The translations under genes were made by a program, and so were the position numbers. A stretch of DNA of 62,341 bases, filler included, from Squatina squatina (Eukaryota): NCBI GenBank assembly GCA_031763465.1. It is 4 parts of 4 records of this genome, joined end to end, with 100 filler letters (N's around TTAATTAATTAA, not from the genome) between each part and the next. Parts side by side here need not be neighbours in the genome. Positions count along the whole stretch, not along the records: positions 47,806 to 62,341 come from JARFOE010000001.1; 3 more parts are not named here. One strand, written 5' to 3'. The notes under the pieces were generated by a model, which saw only the letters and a list, made by a program, of their open reading frames with translations, did no database searches and was not told the origin of the DNA. Below, piece after piece: positions 48,959-60,855 of this stretch; within the stretch, counting starts at the first letter, position 1, and each line of letters begins with the position of its first letter.

Positions 48959-49098
48959 CTTCTCCATTAGTTCCAGGATCTCTGTCGTGTTTGGAGCATA
49001 CAGTATTTCACCAAGTAACAGCGGCTTCAGGAAAGTCCACAGCAAAGGCCCATTCGATGTTTTCAAAATATCCTGATAAAAGTTCCTGCAGTAGGGAG
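48959..49098 (-). CDS. ABCA-subfamily transporter exon (ABCA12/ABCA13-like, extracellular domain 1)
   Basis: caccag|...|gtgaga, 140 nt; PYCRNFYQDILKTSNGPLLWTFLKPLLLGEILYAPNTTEILELMEK (ABCA motif W..LKP.L.G.ILY.P). Confidence 0.88.
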
Positions 49099-50384
49099 CT
49101 GGTGCAGCAAAAAAAAGTATTAGCTAGCTTTTTCACATCTCACATCAAATAAGAATATTCATCTGCAGTAGCAATTGACTGTGAGGCCAGCACACGTAGT
49201 CAAAGGCATATCGATTGAGACCAAAGTAAGAAATGGCTAAATGGCTAAAATCTGTAGTCATAAATTCAGAGTTTTGGTACGCATCTGATACTTCTCATCT
49301 CTGTGCTTGTATATGGTTCTGTATAACCAGGCAGCCCTACCTGAAGATTAAACAGAACGCTCTGTCTGCACTTCATATCATTCATCCTACTACCAATGAA
49401 ATAGTTATGGTTCCTTTTCCTAAATATACTATGTGAAGTCCAGAAATGCAAAATCAAAAATTTGAAGGGTTCTTTACTTAGTTAGATGAGATATATTACT
49501 GAAGTGTGCACTAAAGAATTGACAGGATGAATTGATTCCAGACATTTAAACATGCAGNNNNNNNNNNGCAGTGATTTATCTTCATTAAACATTCTTGTTT
49601 TTTAATGTAACAGGACATGATTCTTTTTTGTTTTTGGTCAAATTTGAAACTTTGATATTTCACGGTAACCAAGTGGAAACTGAAGAACGATGATGCGAGT
49701 CTAACTTTATTGGTTTTTCAGAAGCAGTTACAGTGTTGAAGAAGTATCTGCATCCAAACCACTAACATGTCTCTTCTCTCCACAGATGCAGTGTTTCCAG
49801 TATTTTCTGTTTTTGTTTTAGATTTCTAGCATCTGCAGTATTTTGCTTTTTACAGTTCTTATTGTTTATTTTAAAGAACTTGTAAAGCATGTTGGAAAAT
49901 TATATTCTCTTAACAAGCCCTAGAGAAAGCCTAGTCAACATCCCCCAGAGTACCAATTAGTAGGTGTTGTAATTTTCTCCAGCTTATGATGTCGATAAAA
50001 CCGAAGCCCATCCTCTTTGACTCCTACCAGTGTAACCTCCCTGTTTGCCACCTCAGGCTTATCCCAGACTTACAAAGCTTTCTCATGCTACTCACTTCCT
50101 AAATGTTGGCCGTCATTGCTCCTTCCTCTCCTCAACTGTTGCTAAGGCTCTAATCCATGTCTTTTTACCTTGAGGCTCAACTTCTCCCGAGTTCTCTTTC
50201 TGGTTTCCACCCACCACTTATTCAAATGCCGTGGACTACAGCCTCTCCTAAACTGCACTGCCTTCACCCCTGTACTTGCTCCACTAGCTTCCACCCCCAA
50301 CAAATTGATTATAACATCCTTGTCTTCAATTACAATCCCTCCACTGATTCACCCCAACCTGCAGCTGTGAACTCCTTCAGATCT

Positions 50385-50553
50385 ATGTTAATGCTTGTCA
50401 CTGAGTGGCTGCAGGACGTTCTTAGGGGGGGAGGGTGAACAGCCAGAGGTCATAGTCCATATCGGTACCAATGACATAGGTAGAAAGAGGGATGAGGTCC
50501 TGCAGGCAGATTTTAGAGAGCTAGGAAAGAGATTAAAAAGCAGGACCTCAAAG
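50385..50553 (+). mobile_element. CR1 LINE ORF1 esterase fragment (L2 remnants lie upstream, about 50000-50380)
   Basis: GEGEQPEVIVHIGTNDIGRKRDEVLQADFRELGKRLKSRTSK. Confidence 0.85.
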
Positions 50554-50719
50554 NNNNNNNNNNNNNNNNNNNNNNNNNNNNNNNNNNNNNNNNNNNNNNN
50601 NNNNNNNNNNNNNNNNNNNNNNNNNNNNNNNNNNNNNNNNNNNNNNNNNNNNNTGGGAAAGTATGAGTTAGAGTTGGAGATGTAAACCCATCTGAATATG
50701 TGCTGAAGATGATTATAGG

Positions 50720-51050
50720 AGTTGATGGGGGACATAGAGAGAAACTATTTCCTCTGTGGGGGGAGTCCAGAACAAGGGGGCATCACCTTAAAATTAGAGC
50801 CAGGCCGTTCAGGGGTGACATCAGGAAGAACTTCCTCACACAAAGGGGAGTGGAAATCTGGAACTCTCTCCCCTAAAAAGCTATTGAGCTGGGGGCCAAT
50901 TGCAAAACTGAGATTGATAGATTTTTGTTAGTATTAAGGATTACGAAACCAAGACGGGTAAATTGGGGTAAAGATACAGATCAGCCATGATCTAATTGAA
51001 TGGCGGAACAGGCTCGAAGGGCTGAATGGCCCCCTCCTGCTCCTATGGTC
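50720..51050 (+). mobile_element. HER1/CR1 LINE 3' end
   Basis: gagtccagaacaagggggcat..ttaaaattagagcc...gatcagccatgatctaattgaatggcggaacaggctcgaagggctgaatggcc. Confidence 0.85.
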
Positions 51051-51140
51051 CTAGTCAGGCCAGAATTGGAAAAAGTGGTCATCTCCTGCTGTTGTTGTTG
51101 TTTAGCATGCATTAAACAATTTCTGGTTTTCTCTGTTTAG

Positions 51141-51295
51141 CTGTTTCATGACATCGCCTACAAGGCCAAGGATAATGCAGATCTCTTGGCCGGAATTGAT
51201 GAATTTCTGGATGAGGTGATTGTCCTTCCTCCTGGTGAGTGGGATCCTGACATCAGAATAGAGCCTCCAAAGACACTTCCTTCCTCCGACAAAAG
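51141..51295 (+). CDS. SLC4A4: SLC4A4-like exon, cytoplasmic domain
   Basis: gtttag|...|gtaaag; [53 protein letters not shown] close paralogue cannot be excluded. Confidence 0.85.
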
Positions 51296-51474
51296 GTAAA
51301 GAGACCCTTAACTTCTACTGAACCATTGGCACAGTGCCTGTTTAGATACTTTGTATAACTAGGACTGTCCTGGGCACACAGTGCTACGAAAGCCTGTTAA
51401 GTGCGCTGCTCTCAAAATTCGGACTATCAAAGGCAGCCTGCTGCTCAGGTGGCCTCCCAGACACTGGAGCCAGT

Positions 51475-51673
51475 GCCCCTCTGCCCTCCCAGGTGGACGC
51501 AAAAGATCCCGCTGCACTATTTTGTAGAAGAGCAGGGAAGTTCTCCCAGGTGTCCTGGGGTCAATATTTATCCCTCAACCAACATCAGTAAAAAAAATAC
51601 GATAATCAGGTCATTATGGCATTGCTGTTTGTGGGAGCTTGCTGCGCGCAAGTTGGAAGCCGCGTTTCAAACA
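51475..51673 (+). mobile_element. SacSINE1/Deu-type SINE, central/3' part; a CR1 RT fragment follows at about 51810-51980
   Basis: caggtggacgcaaaagatccc..cactatttt..gaagagcaggg..tttatccctcaaccaacatc. The downstream peptide QVQQAIRKANGMLAFIARG is CR1 ORF2. Confidence 0.85.
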
Positions 51674-53635
51674 NNNNNNNNNNNNNNNNNNNNNNNNNNN
51701 NNNNNNNNNNNNNNNNNNNNNNNNNNNNNNNNNNNNNNNNNNNNNNNNNNNNNNNNNNNNNNNNNNNNNNNNNAGAAACTTTTAAATGTTGGTGCTTGGA
51801 AAAATTTGGGTACAAGAAACAGAGTTAGCATGCAGGTACAGCAAGCAATTAGGAAGGCAAATGGCATGTTGGCTTTTATTGCCAGGGGGTTGGAGTACAA
51901 GATTTGGGAAGTCTTGCTAAAATTGTACAGGGCTCTGGTGAGACCACACCAGGAGTACTGTGCACAATTTTGGTATCCTTGTTTTTTTTAATTTATTTGT
52001 CGTTGTGTTTAATCTTAAATTTTGAAAACCTCAAATCATTTAACTATTTGTCGCTGAAATTCGGAAAGTGGTTTATGGTTCAGGCTCGTAGTCCCTGAGT
52101 TCCGGCTGTTCTTGACTGCGCACGCCTCATCCACGCTACATATTCCTGTCTAAATGTCGGGGGTTTCGGTGCAGCCCGCCAACAGTGAAATGAAGCCCTG
52201 TCTCTGTGCTGTGAGCAGTCTTTAAGTTGTATGGAGTCATTCTTTTCTTTCCCCCGAGATAACTGTCAGCTGGATTTGTACAAGTACATAGAGCAGTGAT
52301 TGTGTGCTGTGTAGCCAGGTTACCTACAGGCGCAACAGAGGGTTAAGCATGAGCTCATGCCCAGATGAGTCATTGTGTAATCAGAGCCTGCCTTTGGCTC
52401 AGGTACATCCCATATCATATGCATATTCTGATCTATTTGAGCCAACAGGTGCATAGCTGAGGACATGATGTAATGTGTTAACAGTTCCCAGTGAACAGGT
52501 GAGTACTGCATTCTCCAAAGCCAAAAGACACCTGACTTAGGAGGAAATAGCGAAATCCAGCACTTAATCCACAGGCAGTACAGAAATTTTATGATAAAGT
52601 GCACAAGTTATTCAGATTATTCTAAAGTGGAATTTCCTTATGCTTTCCAGGTGATTGCTTGGGTCATTTTTTAAACCGAGTCGGTTGCTAAGTTTTAAAC
52701 TTGAGTGCCTTTTTAATTTAATTTTTTATTCTTAATAATGCGAATGCAAGGCGTGTTCATGTTTGGAATCATGCTGNNNNNNNNNNNNNNNNNNNNNNNN
52801 NNNNNNNNNNNNNNNNNNNNNNNNNNNNNNNNNNNNNNNNNNNNNNNNNNNNNNNNNNNNNNNNNNNNNNNNNNNNTTTAAGAGGAGGAAGGATCTGGGT
52901 AAGGAGATCATTCAAAAAAATATCATTCGTCATAAATACTTAGATATAAAAGAGAGTTACTTATCAATGGTTTTGAGGAAAGAAATTGCCTGGAATTCTC
53001 AGCCAGGTCCAACAATATGACTGAAGTTTCTCCCTGGAGTAAATAAGACGTTCAACCAGAAGCCGGCCGCAATTGCGAACAATTACAACCCAAGGTCTGA
53101 CCGAGGACATTATCCTTTTCAAAACTTTTTGGCAAAGGTTTTGTGCAATTCGATTAGTGAAGTAGCAAACTAACCAAATAGGAGGCAGATTGACACAGCC
53201 CCCAAAAATCCGTGACCTTGCCGATGGATTTGGGAGCAAGTGTGGGCAGAATTGGGAGCCGGAACCTGTAGCTTGAGGATTAATGGGAACATGGGACTTT
53301 AGATGTGGCTACTAAGGCCAAGTGGTCCAAAGAATATATGGACCATAAAGACAATAGCTTTGGACATACCTGCAGCACAGTGACTGCAGTTCTGCACCCT
53401 CCCCTGCGATGTGTGTTCAATGATGATGAAACTCTACCAAATGATCTGGAGAAAATCAGATAAATCCAATTCAGTAGAGGCAGCTGTGTCAAGTGTTGAG
53501 TAGAGTCTCTGAGAGTCAAATCTCACCCATCCCACCTTCTTCTGGAGTTGGGGTTTCCAAACATGTCCTAAGAGACATGCACGTAAAATTTCCTTAATGG
53601 TACTAATTTATTTTACTTTCAAACCTGTTCCTTAG

Positions 53636-53769
53636 TGATGAAGTACAAGAAAAGTGATGAGGATGAGTCTCTAAGAGATAAACTGTCCAAGGTGAACATT
53701 CGGTCGATCAGGAAAAAGTCTAACCGCGTCACCAGTCACTTGAAGATCCTGACTGGAGGGGAGCTGCAG
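53636..53769 (+). CDS. ARHGEF38: ARHGEF38 exon (DH-BAR junction)
   Basis: ccttag|...|gtattg; MKYKKSDEDESLRDKLSKVNIRSIRKKSNRVTSHLKILTGGELQ. DNMBP family; the DEDESL.DKLSK and HLKILT features fit ARHGEF38. Confidence 0.88.
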
Positions 53770-53829
53770 GTATTGTCCACGTTACTTAGGCACTTTAAGC
53801 ACGAGACCTATTTGACTCCGTAACCACTC

Positions 53830-54054
53830 CATCACTAACACCGCCTACCTCCTCCTCCATAGCACTGCCCGCCTCCGTCTCTGCCTCAGCCCATCTGCTG
53901 CTGAAACCCTCTTCCATATCTCCCAGACTCAACTGTTCCAACGCTCTCCTGGCTTCCACCCTCCGTAAACTTCAGCTCAACAAAAACTCTGCTGCCCCGT
54001 GTCCTAACTCGCACCAAGTCCCGTTCACCCATCACCCCCTGTGCTTCAGACCTA
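53830..54054 (+). mobile_element. L2 LINE ORF2 3' fragment
   Basis: ctcagcccatctgctgctgaaaccctc...caaaactctgctgcc..gtcctaactcgcaccaagtcccgttcacccatcacccc. Confidence 0.8.
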
Positions 54055-54154
54055 NNNNNNNNNNNNNNNNNNNNNNNNNNNNNNNNNNNNNNNNNNNNNN
54101 NNNNNNNNNNNNNNNNNNNNNNNNNNNNNNNNNNNNNNNNNNNNNNNNNNNNNN

Positions 54155-54443
54155 CTCCAAGGTTGTGGGTTTAAGTCCCACACCAGAGACTTGAACACAA
54201 ACTCTGGGCTGACACCCCAGTGCAGTCCTGAGGGAGTGCTGTACTGTCGGAGGTGCTGTTAAACCCTCCGAGGTGGACATAAAAAACCCTGTGGCACTAT
54301 TTCAGAAGACAGCGCTTCCTCAGTACAGTACTCCGTCAGCACTGCACTGAGAGTGTTAACCTAGATTTTTGTGCTCAAGTCTCTGGACCCACAAACCTTT
54401 GACTCAGAGGTGCGAGTGCTACCCACTGAGCCACGGCTGACAC
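54155..54443. mobile_element. Two oppositely oriented 5' halves of the Deu-type SINE forming a foldback
   Basis: A plus-strand head (54155 to about 54308) abuts a minus-strand head (about 54308-54443, ending ccactgagccacggctgacac). Confidence 0.8.
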
Positions 54444-54596
54444 TTATGGCAATAGATCATGGATAAAAATGTGGTCTTGGTCAGGCATGTGCTTTGTTGG
54501 ATCTATTTTGCTCAGCATGGCACGATAGAAGTTTTGAGAAATGTGCCATGATATAGTATCCAGGGGTGAATAATGGCTGCATTTGTTCCCATGTAG

Positions 54597-54880
54597 TGAT
54601 GCAAGGCTATGTGTATTCCTCGTTTCTGAGACCGTACAATCCTGTGATTGGGCAGAACGGAGTGTCCACAGATGGATCCGTGACGGATGGAGATTTCGAT
54701 GACATTAGCCTATTTGTGTCCTCCTATTCCGGAGATAGCAGCAGCATAAAGAGTTCACACTTTAGCACCAGTGACAGTGACACTGCTCTGAACGGTTCTC
54801 ATGAAATGAGTCCTTGCACCCCGGACACGATGTCAATCAACGGAAGCGATGACAGTTCAAGCGACGTGGGAGAGCAGCAG
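54597..54880 (+). CDS. ARHGEF38: ARHGEF38 exon (end of first SH3 domain and inter-SH3 linker)
   Basis: atgtag|...|gtaaag; MQGYVYSSFLRPYNP...DFDDISLFVSS. Confidence 0.88.
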
Positions 54881-55720
54881 GTAAAGCAGGCCGCTGTTTA
54901 ACAACTATCAGATGGCACTAACCTATAGATAGAATCAGAGAATGGTTACAGCAGGGAAGGAGGCCATTCNNNNNNNNNNNNNNNNNNNNNNNNNNNNNNN
55001 NNNNNNNNNNNNNNNNNNNNNNNNNNNNNNNNNNNNNNNNNNNNNNNNNNNNNNNNNNNNNNNNNNNNNCCTCATCTCAGTCCAACATGGCTGACCCCTT
55101 CTGAGGCTATGCACCCTCATTCTAGACTCTCTAGGTTGCTGGGTCTGGTTAATGTTCGTCACCTACCTCAGTTTGGGAATCCAACTTCAATCCCCATTAG
55201 ACTGATGTTCTGGATTTGGATTGCAAAACTTTTCCCTTCTGGATTAGGGAACTCTTTAATCCCAGCACTTGATATCTAGATTTTTGCACGTGAACAGGAG
55301 TAGGCTGTTCTGCAATTCAATGAGATCATAGCTGATGTGCATTTTAANNNNNNNNNNACCCACCTTGGTTCTGTAACCCTTAATACCTTGACCTATCAAA
55401 TCTGTCAATCTCAGTTTGAAATTTTCAACTCTCCCCCAGCCTCAACAGCTTTTAGATTTGCACGCCCTTTGTGTGAAGTGCTTCCTGACATCACCCCTAA
55501 ATGACCTGGCTCTCATTTAGATTATGCCCCCTTGTTCTGGACTCCCTTGCCCCCCACCCCCCAAAAAAATAGTAGTTCTTTCATCAATTCCTTTTCAAAG
55601 AAACACCTCAATTGGATTCATCTTCTATAGCCAAACTTATGTGCTTTACACCTTAATCATTGTGTTCAGAGGTTTTACACACAGTTGTGCAGTTCTAAAT
55701 GCCTAAACATGTGTTGCCAG

Positions 55721-55850
55721 GTGCTGGAACTTGCAGGTAATGCGTCCAAAGACTTGAAGGTGAAACGCATTACCCCGCGCCATTTGCAACTTGCCATTCG
55801 AGGAGATGAAGAGCTGGATTCATTAATCAAAGCTACCATTGCTGGTGGTG
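55721..55850 (+). CDS. H2AZ1: Histone H2A.Z exon 4
   Basis: tgccag|...|gtgagt, 130 nt; [43 protein letters not shown]. Confidence 0.95.
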
Positions 55851-55969
55851 GTGAGTACTGTATCTTGTAAAAGAGGTTGTGCATGTACAGATGTTCTGTG
55901 CTCCCTTCCCCCAACTGCACTTTCAACTGTGAGATGTCCTATTTGTTAACTTTTTTTCTTTTTTTTCAG

Positions 55970-56031
55970 GTGTTATTCCCCACATCCACAAATCTCTGAT
56001 TGGCAAAAAGGGACAGCAGAAGACTGTTTGA
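55970..56031 (+). CDS. H2AZ1: Histone H2A.Z last coding exon (H2A.Z.1-type C-terminus)
   Basis: tttcag|; [20 protein letters not shown]. Terminal Val is the H2A.Z.1 state (H2A.Z.2 has Ala); placement near LAMTOR3 agrees. Confidence 0.93.
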
Positions 56032-56430
56032 GGATAGAAGCTCCCTTTTTTAGGTTCATTATCTCAGGACTCCATTTCCAAACTGGCTGCCAAGACACTG
56101 GACTTCTGAAAATCTGATCACTTAAAAAAAGGACACTTTTTATTAATCTCAGTAGTATTTGGGGGGTGGGTGGGGAGGGTCTTTTAAAAGTAAAGCTCAA
56201 CTGGTAATACTTCCCTGTGCACTGGTCTGGGAATGCTAAATCTGGGACCATGTCTTTGGTGGGACTGTAACTGAGTGACCTCTGGAGATATTCTCCAGTT
56301 ACTGCCTTTTAACGGAGCCCCTGTTGCAATGTTTTAAATGCGGGAAGAGCTCGCTGCTTGGATAACTTTATTTTTCTGGAGTGGATTTAAATCTGGATGG
56401 TTTGTTCCGACTGTCTAATTTGAAGTTTTC

Positions 56431-56436
56431 AATAAA
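56431..56436 (+). terminator. Polyadenylation signal of H2AZ1
   Basis: AATAAA 400 nt after the stop codon, followed by GT-rich sequence. Confidence 0.65.
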
Positions 56437-58533
56437 ATGTTAGAAGTGCTGTTTGCTGATAATTGCAGTGTTCAGTTCCATTCACAATTCCTCAGCTAAC
56501 GAAGCAGTCTGTGCCTGCATGCAGGAGCTCACCCCAGAAGTTCCGGGCAGGGGTCAGTGGTCCCACCCCATTTGGCGGCAATGTTCTCCCGAAGGTGAGG
56601 TCCCACACGGACAGCGCACTAGCTGCTAGCACTGGAAGAGAAACCACGCGACTGCACGGCAAATCTAAAGGGAGAGAAAATTCAAGGGAACATTGTTTGG
56701 CACTCATTAAAGTGAATGGACGGAAAGCCCTGGTGGGGCCGGTCCCGCGGACATCCGTAACCAAAACTCCTGCTACATGCTCCCGTCGGGGGAAGCTCCA
56801 CGTCGGTTGCATGACTGTCTAACTTTAAACGGTGTCAGAATCCTTCGTCGAAGNNNNNNNNNNNNNNNNNNNNNNNNNNNNNNNNNNNNNNNNNNNNNNN
56901 NNNNNNNNNNNNNNNNNNNNNNNNNNNNNNNNNNNNNNNNNNNNNNNNNNNNNCCTTGAATGGCAGAACAAGCTCGAGGGGCCAAGTGACCTACCCCTGC
57001 TCCTAATTCTTATGTTCTTCTTACGTTCTTATATTACCCAATGTGCTGACAGCCACACCCACACCACAGTTTGGGCAGGGCACATAATGAAATATGCAGC
57101 CTGGCAAGAAAGCTTTGATGAAAGAAAAAGAGAATGAGTCACTGCCCGTAAGACAGGTTTCTGTCAGTACCAGACAGGCAACTGATTTATCCGCAATGAA
57201 TAAGTACTCTGAAGGGCTACATTGAGCAGGCCATCAGTTGATGACATGTTGGACTTGGGAAGGCGATAAAGTGTCATGGGAAGGTGGTTAAGCCACAGGA
57301 AGTGAGAGGGGCAAGATGGTCACCAAGAGTAGGGAATGAGGCAGTTGGGGTTACCACAGTTGACCATGGCAGAGAATACCAAGGGAGGAGCAGAGGGAGA
57401 CAGTGGGCTTGTTAAGACTGGGGCAGCGACAAGAGAGAGAAAGGGCTGGCAGAGGATTAGGGCTGGAAGGGTAAAGAGGAGCATGCTTTTAAAAGGAAAA
57501 AAGGGCAAAGGGGTAAAGCAAGTGCAGATAGAACAGGAAGAGAGAAAGGAGTAGGGATATGAGGCCGGCAGACAAGGTCAGGGGGAGCTTTAACCAGTTC
57601 AAGAGGAGTTAAAATAATCTTTAAATGGAGTAAGAAATGCATCTAAACAGGTCATTTAGATAACAGTGATGCCAACAAAAATCAACGTTATACCAGTTTA
57701 CAAATATAGGCAGAAACTCAGGCAACTATAGATCTGGCAGCTTGACATTAGTAGTGGATAAAATAAGAGAGAGCATCTTGTACAGAAGAGAGGCATCAAA
57801 AGAGACATAGCATTTTAAGAATTAGTCAGGATGGCTTTAGTTACAGTAAATGTTGCTTGATGAATATACTAAGAGTTCTATCATTTAATAAAGCTAGATT
57901 TTAACAAAGACTTTGACAAAGAATACACAGGTTTGATGTTACAAAAAATAGAAAAGAGCGTTGAAGAAGATTATATAACAAACCTTCGAAACAACTGCTG
58001 GAAAGAAAGACAGGAGAGTAAGTTGTTTGAACTTCTCTGTGATATTTCAGTCTTTAAAGTGATTCTTAAGTGGTACCTTACGTTGGCACTCGGACACTAT
58101 ATTGTACAGTTGAGACACTGTAGCTGAGGGATCCTAATGTAGGGGCTTTGGTTTTACACTCTCATTGGAAATTGCAGTTTGCTTAATGGCTGGATATGTG
58201 ACGCATAGCTGTAGAGTATAGCTGCAGTAGTACCAAGTGAGGCAAATCTATTACGCAAAATTACTTCGCATTCCTCCTCCCTCCACTGCAGGTCTCACCT
58301 GAGTTAACTGTTAAGTGGATGGTGGAGAAAGTCAGATCATAGAATAGTACAGCACAGAAGGAGGCCATTTGGCCCATCGAGTCTGCGCCGGCTCTCTTTC
58401 TCAAAGAGCGATCCGTTTAATCCCACTCCCCCNNNNNNNNNNNNNNNNNNNNNNNNNNNNNNNNNNNNNNNNNNNNNNNNNNNNNNNNNNNNNNNNNNNN
58501 NNNNNNNNNNNNNNNNNNNNNNNNNNNNNNNNC

Positions 58534-58900
58534 CACAGCTGTGGGTAGCACTCTTGCCTCTGAGGCAAAAGGTTGTGGGTTCAAGTCCCACTTGAGCACA
58601 AAAATCTAGGTTGACACTCCGGTGCAGTACTGAGTGAGGACTGCATTGTCTCACTCAGGTAGACATAATAGATTCCATGGCACTATTTTGATGAAGAGCA
58701 GGGAAGTTACCCCTGGTGTCCCCAATATTTATCTTGCAATCAACACCTCCAAAATACAAATTGTCTGGTCATTATCACATAGCTGTTTGGGGGAGCTTAC
58801 TGTGTGCAAATTGGATGCTGCATTTCCCACAATACAACAGTGACTACACTTCAAAAGTACTTCATTGCCTGTAAAGTGTTTTGGAACGTCCTGAGGTCGT
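58534..58900 (+). mobile_element. SacSINE1/Deu-type SINE with an internal deletion
   Basis: gtgggtagcactcttgcctctgagg..gggttcaagtccc ... cagtgactacacttcaaaagtacttcattg..ctgaggtcgt. Confidence 0.85.
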
Positions 58901-59288
58901 CACAGGAGATGCTCTTCTAACTTTTCCTCATGAACTAAAATGTATTATTGATATAATGCTCCATTTAATGAGTGAAGGAGACCTGACCTAACTTAAGCTA
59001 ATTGAAGCAAGGAAGTTGGAGTGACTGACGAGCCATACTTGAATCCATGATTTGACGATTCAGTCAAGAGCTCAACCCTTTTGAGGCGGCATTAAAACAA
59101 TAATTATTTGAAACGAGTTACAATTTTCCTCACCCCCAGTCAGAATGCTGTTGCTGGTGTGTGAATAGTGATGAGGTTTTCTGTTTTGATTGGAGTATTT
59201 TCTTAATGTGCATTCCTGCAGTAACCTGCTCCATTTGTGCCAGTGGAGCAGTAAAAATTAATTGTTCCCATGGGTTGTTTTCCTTCAG

Positions 59289-59422
59289 TCGCTAATGATA
59301 ATGCACCAGAACATGCACTGCGACCTGGATTCCTCTCCACCTTTGCTCTCGCGACAGATCAAGGAAGCAAGCTGGGACTTTCAAAGAACAAGAGCATAAT
59401 TTGCTATTACAATACTTACCAG
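59289..59422 (+). CDS. LAMTOR3: LAMTOR3 (MP1, Ragulator subunit) internal exon
   Basis: cttcag|...|gtaata; ANDNAPEHALRPGFLSTFALATDQGSKLGLSKNKSIICYYNTYQ. Not shown in the ORF track. Confidence 0.96.
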
Positions 59423-59482
59423 GTAATATTTTTTTGTTGAATCTTCTCTATTTAATGGGCGCCTCACTAAAGTAGTTAGGAC

Positions 59483-59932
59483 ATGCCCCTCGAGTCTGCT
59501 CCGCCATTCAATAAGATCATGGCTGATTTTCGACCTCCACTCCACTTTCCCCGCTCAATCCCCATATCTCTTCATTCCCTTAGAGTCCAAAAATCTATCG
59601 ATCTCAGCCTTGAATATACTCAATGATTCAGCATCCACAGCCCTCTGGGGTAGAGAATTCCAAAGATTCCCAACCCTCTGAGTGAAGAAATTCCTCCCCA
59701 TCTCAGTCTTAAATGGCCGACCCTTTATCCTGAGACTGTAACCCCTGGTTCTAGACTCTCCAGCCAGGGGAAAACATCCTCTCCGCATCTACCCTGTAAA
59801 TCCCCTTCAGAAACGTATACGTTTCAATGAGATCATCTCTCATTCTTCTAAACTCCAGAAAGTATAGACCCAAACTACTCAAAGGACAGCTCCCTCAATC
59901 CCAGAAATCAATCCAGTGAACCTTTGTTGCAC
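59483..59932 (-). mobile_element. HER1/CR1 LINE 3' end
   Basis: FPLAGESRTRGYSLRIKGRPFKTEMGRNFFTQRVGNLWNSLPQ and the 3' tail. Similar tails occur at about 40283-40355, 55296-55550, 56955-57020 and 58337-58432. Confidence 0.9.
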
Positions 59933-60707
59933 TCTAAGACATAAGAACGTAAGGGTTTTGATACTATTTCAGAATGTGCTTTCAAAGACACTGCTCTGTG
60001 TGTTATGGTTCACATACGTCTGTAGTTGTCCAGTATGCAAATTGAAAACTTAACATCAATGAATAAACATATTTAATATTGGTCCCACTCCTCTTCTTCA
60101 TTGATGTTAGGGAGTGACTCCTGCCAATGAACCGGAAGCTACCGGAAGTACCCAAATTTTAAAAATAACGTTCACAACAGATGGACGGCTGCGTAAATGC
60201 CAACTCTCATTTGTTTTTGATGACCAAAATCCATATATTATTTGTAGTATTTTCCATCTTTACAGTGAAGATTTGTAGCTCTGTGGAGATTCCGATTTTA
60301 GACTAAACACAGGCAAGAAACGCAGAGAAGCGAATATTAAAACATTCCTGTNNNNNNNNNNNNNNNNNNNNNNNNNNNNNNNNNNNNNNNNNNNNNNNNN
60401 NNNNNNNNNNNNNNNNNNNNNNNNNNNNNNNNNNNNNNNNNNNNNNNNNNNTCACCATCATTACTGCCACAAGATTAGGACATTCCATGCTTAGAAGAGG
60501 TAATTTGCGCAGTTCAATTTAAGTGACGTCTGACTGTGGCAAAACATTTGCTTTGTGTGGCTTTCTTTTTAATTGCTGTTCACTGCTGTCGCGGCTAGTT
60601 TACTTTGAACATTTTCCCTTTTTGCGAATCTGATTGGACATGAACAAGTCAAGAAGCTGAACTTGCATGGCTGTCCCCCTTTTCAATTACCCAAAGTATA
60701 TGGTGTA

Positions 60708-60778
60708 CCGGTTTCATAGATACTGCTGTGCCGGTTTCATAGATACTGCTGTGCCGGTTTCATAGATACTGCTGTGCC
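60708..60778 (+). repeat. Perfect 23-bp tandem repeat, 3 copies
   Basis: (CCGGTTTCATAGATACTGCTGTG)3. Confidence 0.95.
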
Positions 60779-60855
60779 AATGAAGTACTTTTTGGAGTGT
60801 AGTCACTGTCGTAATGTGGGAAACATGGCGCACAATGCACTGCTACAAACAGCAT

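Noticed and set aside
56606-56617. RE1/NRSE site (ACGGACAGCGC)
   Set aside because: Only the right half matches; the TTCAGCACC left half is absent.
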